In this document: positions 50,783-64,000 of the stretch, piece after piece | Position numbering within the stretch: position 1 is the first letter of the stretch | Layout of the letters: every line of letters starts with the position of its first letter | DNA from: Carcharhinus longimanus | Taxonomy: Eukaryota | Assembly: GCA_030264375.1 (NCBI GenBank) | Contig: JASCQW010000133.1 | Location: 36,936,409 to 37,000,408, forward strand | Reading direction: 5' to 3' | DNA length: 64,000 nt | Position numbers and translations under genes: made by a program | Notes under the pieces: model-generated | The model's database searches: none | Seen by the model: the letters and a program-made list of their open reading frames with translations, nothing else | What the model was told of the DNA's origin: nothing

Positions 50783-51074
50783 GCAAGGGAAATCATATGC
50801 TTCCTAAAAAATAAACAGCATTTACGTAGCACCTTTTGCAAACTCAGGCTTCACAGATAATGAAATACTTTGAAAGCTTGGTCACTGCTGTAATGTAGGA
50901 AACACAATATCTAATTTTCAGGCAGTTAGGTGCAAAAGACAGCAATGTGATAATGACTAGACAATTAGTAATCTTGCTCAAGAGATGAGTGGCATCTCTG
51001 AACCCAGCAATCCCTCAATGCTGCCTGGAATTTGTGCTCTGAAGTCAAGCACAATAGCAGCAGTGTGTATAAGA

Positions 51075-51410
51075 TGCTCTACAGCAACTCATTGAGCCTC
51101 CTTTGACAGCATTTTCCAAACTCATGACTCCTAGCGCTTCAGAAGGACAAGGGTAGAAGATAAAAGGGAACATCCCTTCTGCAAATTCCTCTCTAAACCA
51201 CACACCATCCTATTTGAACTATAACACCATTCCTTTACTATCACTAGGTCAAAATCTGGAACTCCCTCCCTAACAGCACTGTACATGTACCTACATTGCA
51301 TGCACTGTAGCAGTTAAAGAAGGCTTCTCACTGCCACCTTCTTGAGCAATTGAGGATGGACAACAAATGCTCGTCTAACCAGTGTTGCCTACAACCAATA
51401 AGAGAATAAA
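51075..51410 (+). mobile_element. 3' end of the second CR1-group LINE family
   Basis: Homologous to 17380-17690 (agaaggacaagg, ggtcaaaatctggaactccct, gaggatggacaacaaatgct). Confidence 0.7.
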
Positions 51411-54400
51411 AGGGAAAAAAAGTAACTGCAGTCTTGAAAGATTTGATCATCCTTTGAATCATTGTGAAGGTTGAGAGCAGGGATTTGAGGTGAATTGTTG
51501 CAGCATGTTTTAATTATCAGGTGGGGAAGAAAAGAGTAATATTAAATGCTATTGCTGATAAGTTATAATTCTGTAATTTCTATTAGTCTTAGAATTGAGA
51601 AAAGTAAACCAAAAGCATCCAGTGTTAATGAAACGACAATGCAATAAAAAGCAGAGTCAAAGGTAACAATAAATTACCGCCAAAAAATGTTCCAAAAGAA
51701 CAAAATATGGATTCATTTAATTTTCTTTTGTCGTCTGACGCACAGCACACTGACATTTGGCAAAAGTTGCTGACTAGAGTTTGAATGATTAATCACCATG
51801 GTAACTGTTCTTTCTTTTAATGGCAGGGATGAAATGCCCCTCAGTAAAAGACAAAAGAAGCTGCCTTAAGAGTGTTCACTGCAAATTACCAGCCATGTCA
51901 CTGTTTATCTATTAGGTAAAAGTGGCTGTGTGCACCTAATGAGAGGCTAACGGTGCTGCTGAAGTAATTGTCAATCAGAGGCATTGGAGGGGAGGGGGGT
52001 CAGTAATTAGTGGATTAACTGTAATGAGTCTCACCTGCATTGGTGCCTATGGTGATTGTTGGATGAGCTCAAAATTTTGAGACAAGTGCTCTGAAAAGCC
52101 AGGCTCCATACTCTAATTTGTGCTGGCATTATGTAATGTGTTGCATTTTAATATAATAATAATCAACAATCCAATGCTTTCTACTATCCTCAATTCTCTC
52201 TTCTCATTTCCTGAGGAGTTGACACAAGCTGGGTACAGTGCCACAAACATTCTTCACGTATGAATTTAGTTGGTGTCAGTGAATTGATAGTGGAGGACAT
52301 AAAAGCTGTGCCTCAACTAACATCCACATGTGTACTCTCCTGGCATTGGATAGTCATCAGGAACGGAAACCCTAGCTGATTTTTTTTCCCCCTCTTCCTA
52401 CCCCAAGGATTTTGAGGCCAACTGTAATGCCCCTGTTTGCCACTCTGCATAAAATTTACTCATTCAACACAGAGCAAGGATTGAATCAGCCAGCAGACTG
52501 TGCAGTATCAAAAGTTTTGCATCAAAGAGGTATTAGTCTACAACTCTCCAAAACAAATATAAATTGCTAGTAGGCTTACAAGTGGAGAATGATTTGATTG
52601 AAGTATGATGGGGTGCATAGTAACCAGGTAAAGTGTTAATAGTTCTGTTAATTAGACAATGATGTTTAATGATGATAAGCATGTCATGGTCAGGTGTCCA
52701 GAGAATAATGTACTTAACCACGAGGTATTGGATGTAAATAGTTGTAAATAAATAGCTTAAGAAAAACAAGACAGACTCTGTCCAAATCACTCTGAGTAAG
52801 AAACCTCATCCAGCTAGAAGTCAACACAAGTGAAGGACGACGATCAAAGCCACCCATGGAACCATAACCCCTGCATGCGTCAACATAAGACATCAGGAGA
52901 GAAATGTTAGATTTATAATTTGCTATGTTGGAAATAATTGTACTTAAACAGTATTGACTGAGGGCTGAACGTACGTAGCACCAATCTTGTCAGCATTATT
53001 ACATCACTGCAATATGAGGAATTGGAATATATTTGAAAATGCAATGTGAAAATTTATGGGTGTGAAAAATTTGTATATTGTGAAATTACATATTCCAAAC
53101 CACATAGTGGGTTATGTTAATGGAACCAGGCCAATGGCACAAAGGAGGGCCAAGAAGGAAACTATAATTGTTGGAAATGTTCAGTCACGATAGTGAATGA
53201 TATTGCTGAGTGGGAGTGGATACGTACTTTGTATAGTGTACCAAAATGGCTGAACTGTCCGCTGGTTGAGTGAGTAAGTCTACTATCTAACATTCTGAGG
53301 CATTTAATCAGGGGTGAGCTAAGTTTGTCTGTGTATCTTAATAGATTTTATCTGTGATGAAGATAAAAAGGATTAAGCTGGCATTTATGTAGTGCCTTAT
53401 CACAGCAGAAGATCCCTCATTCATCTGACTTGAAAGTGGATTTGAGCCAAGCTGATGTTTTTGGCTACTGTTAACTCATCCAACAGCCGTTCTTAGTGTT
53501 TGAACCTTGAAAACAAACTGTACATTTGTAGGAATTGGGTGAGGCCAGAACTTAGTTCTGATGCTTCTCCGGGTTGAATAGCCTACTAACACTCACTGTT
53601 TAGACTAATACATGAAAAATGAGTATTTAAGCACAATTCCAGATAGTGCTCAGCACTTACTGAAACTGTACCCCACCAAAATAGAGTGCTGAGGAGGGGA
53701 GAAAATAACTCAAACTGCAACAGTGAGAGCTGTGCCACAGGTGTGCTGTAACAATAATTACTAGAACTACATGAGAGAATTTTTTCAACCGACTGGAACA
53801 ATCTAGCCTGAGGATATAATAACACAATATATCACTGTCGCTCTCATTAACCTCAATAGTGGATTCCACATAGCAAAGGCTGAACAGCTTGTACCCAAAC
53901 CATCCTGTCCATGCTCATTGTCTTTGTAGTTTGTCTGATTTATATAAAAATAATTAGAAACAGGCTTGTTCAGACCCGAGTAGAATTAGTGGGTTAGTGT
54001 TTGATATTAAAAATCAATAATTTAGGAGTGTTGCTTTTGTTCAAACACTACAGGCCCAGGCTCGTAGTCAGGGTATTCTGTGTCCTATTGGGCTGTCCTG
54101 ACATCTAATTAAAGAGGGATTAAAAATGCTTGTTTTCCAGTGGGGAAAAGGATTTGAAATTCTATTACGATTAAGAACACTACACAGATTAGTGGGATGA
54201 AGGACTTGGCAGTCATGTGATGCTGAATAGAGTTGAGTGTAAGGGAAAATAGAAACTCCGATTGTGTGCTTTTATTTCAGCAGCAAACATCTTGTTTTGT
54301 TTACACAATATTAAGAGATTNNNNNNNNNNNNNNNNNNNNNNNNNNNNNNNNNNNNNNNNNNNNNNNNNNNNNNNNNNNNNNNNNNNNNNNNNNNNNNNN

Positions 54401-55454
54401 NNNNNNNNNNNNNNNNNNNNCTAAGGGTTGAGGCAGCCGGGTAGCTTATCTTGTGGAATTCCAGTGCATGAGGTTAGAAAGTTCAACCCTAAAGGTTGAT
54501 TAAACTTGCTGATCTCGGTTGAGGCAAGTTTGGTCACTACTCAATTTCATCATTGTGCAGGAGGAGATGGTGGGAAGGAGAAAAAAACAGGTTGGTGTTG
54601 TAAAGGAAAGGAAAGGAGAGATGTGGTTTGAAAACTAGAGGAGGGCAATTGATGTGGCAATCCACCTTTAGTAGCAATGTTCCCATAATTGTGGTGGTGG
54701 GGGGGATTGCAGTGCAGGGGGGTCGTTGTATTATGGCAAACATACAAACAAACATATGAACTAGGAGCAGAAGTAGGTCATTCAGCCCTTCAGCCTGCTT
54801 GAGGTGGTGCAGTAATACTAATTTGAGATTAAGTATTTATCCACAGGGAGATGAAAAATAAATATTTTTATAGGGAGATATATAGGGAGAATCATTCGTT
54901 CTATTGCTACTGGTGATTTAAGAACAGCAGTATTGAATTTTTGGCAATGTATTATATGTTTATCTGACATGGGTGCTGTGCAGTGGGTAGCTTGGGGCAA
55001 GACAATTGTAGAATGTGGTGGGCAAAAATGTCAACGGAGACAGGAATGAGATTTGTCTCAGACCATGAAATAGAACAGTTGATAGCAAATTGGTAGCCCA
55101 GTTTCTACAAGTGGATAAATACAAAACCTTTTTATATTAGTATAGACCTACACAACATCGCTGACTGTAAGTCAGATGATTACTGTGTAACAGAATGTAT
55201 GTGTTGCTGTTGCTGTGTAGGAGGTGTGTTCAAATTTTTCCATCCTTATAACATAAGGAAAACATAATTGCAACAGATCAAGGCCATTCAGATTGGAAAC
55301 TGCTTTATCAGTTCAGGCTGCAAGTTAGAAACAGTCAATATTTTATTTTGCACTTGTAGCAAGTATGACATCTGAAGTCGCACACTCTGGTATTGGTGTA
55401 TGACTCTTAAAATATTATTCATGAATCTTTGGTGGTATTATTTGTGGTGACACC

Positions 55455-57575
55455 ATAAGATGTAGGACCAGATATAGGACATTTGGCCCACAGGCCTGCT
55501 CCATCATTCAATGAGATCATGACTGACCTAATCAAATAATCCTCAACTCCATTTTCCTGCCTTATTCCCATAATCCTTGATTCCCTTACTGATTAAAAAT
55601 CTATCTCTGCCTTGAATATAATTATCAACCCAGCCTCTGCATCCCATTGCGGTAAAGAACTCCACAGATTCACTACCCTCTGAAGAAATTCTTCCTCACC
55701 TCTGTCTTAAATGGGCGACCCTTACTCTGAGATTATATCCTCTGATCCTAGACTCTCCCGCATGGAGGAACAATCTGTCAGCATCTACGCTGTCAAGCTC
55801 CCTGGGAATCCTATATGTCTCAATAAAGTCGTCTTTCATTCTTCTAAATGAGTACAGGCCCAAACTACCGAACCTCTCCTCATGAGAAAATCCCTCCGTA
55901 TTTGGGATCCACCTATCTTGCCTTAGTTAAGGGGCCAAAAACTATTCACAGTATTTCATGTATGGCCTAACTAGTGCCTTGTATCATTTTAGTAAAGCTT
56001 CCCTATTTTTGTACTCTATTCCATTTGAAATAAAGGCTAACATTCCATTTGCCTTCCCTATTACCTGCTGAACTTGCCAGATTTATAACTGAGGACCCCC
56101 AATCCCTCAGTGCTGCAGCTTTCTATAGTCTTTCTCCATTTAAATCATATTTAGCTCCTTTATTCTTCCTACCAAAATGCATAATTTCACATCTTCCTAT
56201 ATCACGTTCCACCTGCCAAGTTTTTGCCCGTTCACTTAAAATGTCTGTACCCCTCTGTAGACTTTTTGTGTCATCCTCATCACTTGCCTTCCTGCCTGAG
56301 TGTCATCTGCATACCTAACAGTAGTATATTCACTTCCCTCGTCCAAGCTATTGTAAATAATTTTGACCCCAGTATGGATCCTGTGGCACTCCATGAATTA
56401 CAGAATGCTATCTAGAAAGTGTCTCTTTTATCCAGACTCTCTGTTTTCTGTTAGTTAACCAATTCTCTATCCATGCTAATATACCACTCCCAACACCATG
56501 GGTTATTATCTTAAGCAGTCTTTTGTGGAGTACTTTATCAAAGGTTTTTTGTAAATCCAAGTATATTACACCTACTGGTTGACCCTTATCTATCCTGCTC
56601 ATTAGCATCTCAAAGAATTCTAATTCATTTTTAGGCTTTCCCCTTTGTGAAGCCATGTTGACTCTGCTTGATTATATTGTGTATTTCTAAATGCTCTGCT
56701 AGTACATCATTTATAATAGACTCTTTAACATTTTCCCAATGACAATTGTTTAGCTAACTGGCCTATAGTTATCTATTTTTGTTTCTCCTCCTGTTTTGAA
56801 TAAGGATGTTGCAATGGCAGTTTTCCAATATGCTGGGACTTCTTCCAGAATTTAAGGATTCTTGAAAGATTACTACCAGTGCATCCATTATCTCTGTAGT
56901 TACTTCCTTTATTATTCTAGTATGCAGTCCTTGAGGCCAGGTGACTTATCGACCTTTAGCCCTATTAGTTTCCCTGGTGTTTTGATAGCTATTTTCTTTA
57001 TTTCTTTCCCACCTCCCACTTTTGCCCCTCGGTTTTGTTTTGGAATGTTATTCATGTCTTCCACTGTGAATATTGGCACAAAGTATTTACTCAACTCCTC
57101 TGTCATTTCCTGGTTTCTCATTATTATTTTCCCACTCTTATTCTCTAAGGGGTTTATGTTCACTTGGGCCTCGCTCTTCCATTTTATATATTTAAATAAA
57201 CCTTTCTTGTCCATTTTAATACTATTCTTTGATTCTTGGTTAACCATGNNNNNNNNNNNNNNNNNNNNNNNNNNNNNNNNNNNNNNNNNNNNNNNNNNNN
57301 NNNNNNNNNNNNNNNNNNNNNNNNNNNNNNNNNNNNNNNNNNNNNNNNACTATTCTTTGATTCTTGGTTAACCATGGTTGATTTTTCCCCTTCCAGGAAT
57401 CCTCCTTCATCACTGGGATATATCTTTGTTGTGAGTCATGAATTATTTTCACAAACATCTGCCATTTATGATCAATCATCTTTTCTGCTGAACACCTATC
57501 CAATCCAATCCAATCCTGCCAAGTCGACCCTCATTCTTTTGTAATTACCCTTATTTAAATTTAGCACAGTTGTTT
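55455..57575 (-). mobile_element. CR1 LINE ORF2 fragment with tail
   Basis: IYLDLQKTFDKVLHKRLL and KLIGLKVDKSPG. Confidence 0.9.
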
Positions 57576-58899
57576 CTCATTCTCAGTGAGTTGGAAGCTA
57601 GACTGGTTCACAACAAAAAGTGCTCGGTATAGATACAGGAAATACGTGTGATATTTGCGCCAAATACACGCTTATGCAAAACTTCTATTGTAGGTATATA
57701 GGCTTGAATTTTCACACAGACAGAAAGGCTCTCAGTCATATTCAAAATGGAAGGTGGGGGGAGCAACTATGTTAAAGTGCAGCTTTAGTCAGATCTGATT
57801 TTTGCCAGTACAGTGTCCAAAACATGACTTGTACACTTTAGACCTATCGGGAGATTGAAATTTCAATCAATGGGTGTAGATTAATCATACAGTACAATCT
57901 CTGCCCTTTTACACAGGTTAGTCTATTTAGTCCCAAAGATTTCCTTGGGCCATTAGCTGATTTGGCTCACATTTTCCTGCCTCCCAATATTTATCTTTCC
58001 TCTTTAGTCTTACTATTATTACCTAACTCCTGTCTCAATGTTTGCAATATTAGTTCCACTACGCTCTTTGACTTCTGTTTAGCTCTGTTCCTATTATCAT
58101 GCTCCTGAAACTCGCTCTAGAGTTTCTTGGTCCTATTTCACACAATGAATGACTGGAATCTTGCATCCCCACCCAACAGTGGTTTTTTTAGTCCCTTTGA
58201 AATCAAGGGGTGTTTGGCTGGCTCGTTGGACCTACTACAGGGGAATCCTGTAAGACTGGAAAATCCTGCCTATGTTTCTTTCTGTCCTGTTCTTGTATTG
58301 CCTTTCAATTATCTGCCAATAATGGTGTTTCTATTTTCTTTTATATCTGCATAATCTGATACCCTAACAGTCACCCATCCAGGCTCTAATCAATCATATT
58401 TTTGCCTCACTAATTCTCTCTTTCTTACTTTTATTCATTTGACTGATCTCTGCAATGGTTAAAACGTGAAACTTCCCACTTTGCTCAAACTTCTTTGTTT
58501 CAAATTTGCCAAATGTTTCACTCCAATTACTTCCTTGCATGATATTTCATACATCGTCAGCATTCAACACATACTCTCAATTCCATCATATTCAAAGTTA
58601 GATGGAAGTATTTACATTGTCTAGAGTTTATAGCCTGAATTTTAACTCTTGGGTCAGGAGCATAAAGCCAGGAGAAGCCCTGGCATTACGATTCTGACTC
58701 TTGAAAAATAGCCCTCCAGATGGTCAGATTTTAATTTCAGGGGGATGGTTGTAATGGGAGTCATGTCCACCGACCCTGGAAACAGTTTGGATCTGCAAGG
58801 ACAAGCTTCAATGATGTAGTTTTAGTCCAAGCTGCAAGAAAGGATGGTTAGGGTCTAAAACTCAAGTCTGAATGGATGGTAGGGCAGAAAATCTCATCT

Positions 58900-59572
58900 C
58901 ATGGTACAGTGGTTAGCAAAGCTGCCTCACAGCGCCAGGGACCCAGGTTCAATTCCGGCCTTGGGTGACGGTGTGTGTGGAGTTTGCAATTTCTCCCCAA
59001 ATATTGTGGTTTTCTCTGGGTGTTCCGGTTTGCTCCCACACTTCAAAGGTGTGCAGTTTAGGTGGATTGGTGATGCTAAATTGTCCCTTAGTGTCCAAAG
59101 ATGTGTAGGTTAGATGGATTAACCATGGTAAATGTGTGGGGTTACAGGGATAGAATCATAGAATCTTATAGTGAGAAGAAGGCATTTGGCCCATTGAGCC
59201 TGTACCGACAACAATCTCACCCAGGCCCCGTACCCATAACCCCACATATTTACCCTGCTAATCCCCCTGACACTAAGGGTAATTTATCATGGTCAATCCA
59301 CCTAACCAACACATCTTTATGGGAGGAAACTGGAGCACCCAGAGGAAACCCACACAGACATGGAGAGAACATGCAGACTCTACACAGACAGTCATCTGAG
59401 GTCAGAATTGAACCCAGGTCCCTGATGCTGTGAGGCAGCAGTATTAACTGTACTATCATACCACTGCTATGGGTAGGGGAGAGGGTCTGGGCAAGATTCT
59501 CTGTCATAAAATTGGACCAAACTTGATGGGTCAATTGGTCTCTTCTGCACTGTAGGGATTCTACGATTTTAT
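58900..59572 (+). mobile_element. V-SINE with a second V-SINE nested in opposite orientation (~59152-59465)
   Basis: The plus-strand head runs 58900-59150, a complete minus-strand copy follows, and the plus-strand tail resumes at ~59470. Confidence 0.8.
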
Positions 59573-59574
59573 TT

Positions 59575-59915
59575 TGTTTGTTATTGGGACATGGGAGTTC
59601 CTAGCTGGCCAATATTTATTGCCCATCCCTAGTTTCCTGAGGATGGATGAGAGTCAACCATCTATGGTCCCAGAGTCACATGTAGGCCAGACCAGGTAAG
59701 GATGGCAGATTTAATTCCCTAAGGGACATTAATGAACCAGATGGGTTTTTCTGATAATTGACAATGGTTTCATGGTCATCTGTAGATTCTTAATTCCAGA
59801 TATTTTTATTGAATTCAAACCCCATCAGCTTGTAACGGGATTCATACCCGGATCCCCAGAACATTAGTGGAGTTTCTAATAGTCTAGTGATAATACCGCT
59901 ACCATCACCCCACAC
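59575..59915 (-). mobile_element. tRNA-headed SINE related to the second LINE family
   Basis: Shares gagtcacatgtaggccagaccaggtaaggatggcagattt with the LINE 5' end (40806-40850) and its tail with the LINE 3' end. Confidence 0.7.
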
Positions 59916-60419
59916 TGATTCTAGTTTACTGGAGGCGAACAAGAGTGTTTTGCATTGCTCTTGTGGGGGAAGGCCATTGCTGAAGCTGTGGCCAGTGGTG
60001 GGGCTGAAATCATCGAAGATGAGGTACTTTCATAGATAATCCTCCTGCAAATATCTCACTTCCCCTACATCCAGCAATCAATTTTGATTTACAAGGTGCA
60101 GGTGGTGAAAGCATGTATCTCTTATTTCCCCAAAAATGTCCTTTAACACGTGCCACACCAGTTTCTTCTAGACTTTTGGAACTTGAAATAACTATGAAAC
60201 ACTTGTAGAATTGAAGCAGCAGCCAGAAGAAATCAACTTGCAACTAATCTGTGAGGGGTTGATGATGCTTTAAATCGTGCTGATGGGAGTTCTTTTCTAC
60301 TTCTTGATGTAGCTAATTAAATGACAATGGAGGAGCAGAACTGAAAGAAATTATACATTTTCCAGTCCTGTGGAGTTCCCTCCCAATGGATGCAGTAAGC
60401 CAGCCAAACATCCATTCAG

Positions 60420-60800
60420 GATGTGATTGCGCAGTGGTATTTTCACTGGACTAATAATCCAGAGATAATGCTTTGGGAATCCAGGTTTGAATCCCACCAC
60501 AGCAGAAGATGAAATTGGAATTCAATAAAAGAAAATCTAGAATGAAACATCTAATGATGATTATGAAACCATTGTCGATTGTCGTAAAAACAATCCTTTG
60601 GTGTCCTTTAGGGAAGAAATTCAACTGTTCTTACCTGGTCTGGCCTATATGTGGCCTAATCCAGATCCACAGAAATGTGGTTGACTCTTAAATGTCCTCT
60701 GAAATGGTCGAACAAGTGACTCAGTTCAAGGGCAATGAGGGATGGGCAATAAATGCTTTCTCAACCAGCGATGCCTGCGTGCCATGAATTAATAAATCAA
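60420..60800 (+). mobile_element. tRNA-headed SINE related to the second LINE family
   Basis: Head gcgcagtggta...ggtttgaatccc, body atgtggttgactcttaaatgtcctctgaaat and tail gggatgggcaataaatgct. Confidence 0.75.
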
Positions 60801-63800
60801 AATGTGTTTTCATCTTTGTGAGGTTAGTAAAGAGTGTAAACTGGAGCATGGAGCTCCAAAATGTCTCCACAGATGTCAAATCATTGTTACTGCTGATTAA
60901 AATGACATTCTTCCTATTCTGCATATACTTCTGGCAAATGTTAACATTGTGAGGATGCCATCCTCATCAAGACGGCATCCAGTGTGTTTCACAGGAGAAG
61001 TGAATTATTTGGTCACCACCCGACTCCTGTAGCACCAAACAATGGGCAGCACTGAGCCCAATTTCACAACCATTGCTTACTCCACAATTACATCTTTCCA
61101 GCATAATTTTTTTCTTCCTCACTCCTAGCTCTTTACCTCCCAACTTCTATCCTTCTTGCCCTCTACTTTCACCCCAGTGCCTGAATTCTCCTCCCACCCT
61201 GTTGGTAAATGGTGATGTTGGGGGTTCTCATGACTTAGAGGATACAAGATGAAATGGCAGCAGCATATTGGTGATTCTATGCACTAGGCCTGTGGCTTGA
61301 TGATGATACTGATGTAGAAAACATTAGTATCATTACATTAGGGAGCCTGCAGTAGTTGACATTGAACAGCTGAAGGGGACAGAATATGTGGTTGAGGAGA
61401 AAGAAAATTCTGAGTGTGGGGATGGTGTGCAAGAAGGCTGTGGGCTAAAGGAGGATCTCTGACAGGAGAGAATGCACCTCAGCATAAAATCAATGGATCA
61501 CATGGGGAAAAAAGATAATGGATTTTTTTGTATGTGAAGGAACATTTTGTTGTTTTGACAATTGCTTTGCTACATAACATGATGCAATATCCATCTGATG
61601 GTTGAGACCGGAGACAGGGTCAAAATGATCTATTCAGGAGAAACAGTCCTTGCATTTAGTCAGTGTTGATACTCAGTGAGACAAGTTGACAAATAAAACT
61701 GGCAGAGTCTGTTTATGCCAGACTTCAGCTGTTAGGCTTCTGGTATTGTCACTGCTTTGGACAATAACAAGTTCAGGAGCTGGTTGGTTTTCTTAGATTA
61801 GCAGATAGAAACTAGTTGTAGAAAATAACAACGGGAATCTCTTCTGCTTGCTTGTCTACTGAATCAAACCCATCGACAAAGAAACTGGCATTATCGATTC
61901 CACGTGAAGAAGGTCAATGTATCCTTCATCTGAATATCTCTGCTAGAACACAGTGTCTATCACATGTGTCACTCATTCTGTATTTGTACAGAGAACCACC
62001 TGTAATTAAAAAGGCATGGACCAGCTGCCTAAAGATGCACTGAAGCAGTGAATGCTGGAAATCTGAAATAAAAACAGAAAATGCTGAAAGCAGGATAGGT
62101 AATGTATGCATAGAGAAAGAAAGCGGAATCTTGTTCTCTCCCCCCATGCTGAGTTTGGTGGCAGGGCATTTAATCAGTTTGGAGGGTGGTGAAGGGAATC
62201 ACTGCTATCTTTCTGCCTCCATCCAAGTCTGTGGTTCATGGACAAACTTCCTACTCTGCTGCCAATTGAAGTTCTTTACTGGGCAAGTAAAATCCACTTA
62301 TTGGCCTCATTTCACCATTGCTGGATCTATCTTCTGAGCCTTTTTGGAGTAAAAACANNNNNNNNNNNNNNNNNNNNNNNNNNNNNNNNNNNNNNNNNNN
62401 NNNNNNNNNNNNNNNNNNNNNNNNNNNNNNNNNNNNNNNNNNNNNNNNNNNNNNNNNNNNNNNNNNNNNNNNNNNNNNNNNNNNNNNNNNNNNNNNNNNN
62501 NNNNNNNNNNNNNNNNNNNNNNNNNNNNNNNNNNNNNNNNNNNNNNNNNNNNNNNNNNNNNNNNNNNNNNNNNNNNNNNNNNNNNNNNNNNNNNNNNNNN
62601 NNNNNNNNNNNNNNNNNNNNNNNNNNNNNNNNNNNNNNNNNNNNNNNNNNNNNNNNNNNNNNNNNNNNNNNNNNNNNNNNNNNNNNNNNNNNNNNNNNNN
62701 NNNNNNNNNNNNNNNNNNNNNNNNNNNNNNNNNNNNNNNNNNNNNNNNNNNNNNNNNNNNNNNNNNNNNNNNNNNNNNNNNNNNNNNNNNNNNNNNNNNN
62801 NNNNNNNNNNNGGGTGGGTGTAGTACCTTCCTGGTGGCACTACTGAGTACAGGAGGATTGCTGGCCTCTGGTTGGCTGGTAGCACTTGGTGGGACTTCAG
62901 CCTCCTGGCATTCTTGAATCCAGGGCAAGGCAAGACCCACCTCTGTTCTGTTAAATGCTTGAGTGGCACAAGATATGGTGGACTTTCTCTTAAAGAGATG
63001 ACAGGGTGCTCTAGCCAGCTCTCTACCCTGCAGCCAAAACCCTGAACATCTCCACAGGATTCTGCCTAGCCACTAACACTTCAGATCCATGACCTTTCAT
63101 TACAGCTGATCATCAAACTTGAAATCTAACTACTCTGACTCTCTCCCCAGAGATGCTGCCTAACCTGCTAAATGTTTCTGTTTTATTCTGAAATGGCTCA
63201 GTGGATAAACCCTCAATCTGCAATGTTAAAATGAGACACAGACCTAGAAGGCTCAAAAATCAGCTCCCTGACTTGTGCTGAGTTAGCTGTCCTCACCTGT
63301 GACAGCAGTGAAGGCACAACATTTGGATTCCTGCTACTGCAAGCTCTTTTAGTGATCCCTGCTCAAAAGTGCACTTGAAGTGCCTGCTATCACTCGAGTC
63401 TAAGTTAATCAATCAGCGAGTATTGTAACACCTGCAGCAAACTATTTGGTTTACACCAGTATTAATACCACCCCAATTGGACAAACTAGTGTCTAAACAT
63501 TGATAGCCCCCAGTCAGGCTACTGGAAAACAGCCAGTGCCTTTGGGATTAACCCTGGTGTGAGTGCGTGTTGTCCGGTGGGGGAGGGATGTGGTAAAACA
63601 AACTGAATGTCTGAATGACTGAAAACTAAATTTGGAGATTAAAATTTATTATGTTTCAAAAAACTGTAGCTCTCATGAGGTTTGGCAAAGTGGGGGGGGT
63701 GGAGGAACAGAAATTGTAGCTTTGAATATTGTCTACTGGGAATTCTCTTCAGGTTAAGGATATCTGACACAGGAGATAAAATGAACAGAGGCAGATTGTA

Positions 63801-64000
63801 TGACAGACAGAGAGAACATCGCAAAGACAAAGAATAAATCAAACCCAGTGCTCTGAGGCGGCACCTCCCACTTAAACTCTCTGTGTGAAACCTGCCTGTT
63901 GTGCCATTTGACAGTGGCAGAGGCTGGCATTGTTGCCAGATTCTCATCTTGTAAATGCAGATGATTAGTTAGCATCTCTTAAACCAAACTGGACAAAAAG

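Noticed and set aside
57221-57377. Direct repeat actattctttgattcttggttaaccatg
   Set aside because: It exactly flanks a 100-N gap, so it is an assembly overlap artefact.
60010-60310. Possible Harbinger transposase remnant (GHFWGNKRYML resembling GWLLGDKGYPL)
   Set aside because: The similarity is too short and degenerate to call without a profile search.
15595-62969. Long ORFs in the track containing X runs
   Set aside because: They arise from reading through N gaps.

Overview
Repeat-rich vertebrate genomic DNA with several N gaps. It is very probably from a cartilaginous fish (shark), inferred from abundant HE1-like V-SINEs, HER1/CR1-like LINEs, and Deu-domain and LF-SINE-like SINEs. The only host gene I can support is a minus-strand, highly divergent T-box transcription factor. 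Three GT-AG coding exons (29098-28974, 6186-6036, 4300-4178) splice in frame into 133 codons with no stop: MEGQDPAATRVVPFIRLVKENELLWRKFHSVGTEMIVTGRGRCLFPSIVVTLHGLDPEKSYTLMVDMESSSDQRYTYTQERGWCPSAPARQQQSSGMYIHSDTPALGAELNKKPISFKLLKICTTNGIGNKGM. The rest of the T-domain probably lies left of position 1. Its residues and second intron position do not fit any vertebrate T-box subfamily I recognise. A CpG-rich candidate promoter and 5'UTR lies at about 28.5-30.4 kb. The remainder is intronic or upstream DNA containing a decayed Gypsy provirus with nested insertions (including a LINE carrying a roughly 410-bp fold-back inverted duplication), many LINE, SINE, MITE and Penelope-like fragments, a modular CTGTCA-rich minisatellite and several repeat-free blocks that may be enhancers. 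Family assignments come from motif recognition only, and repeat boundaries are approximate.
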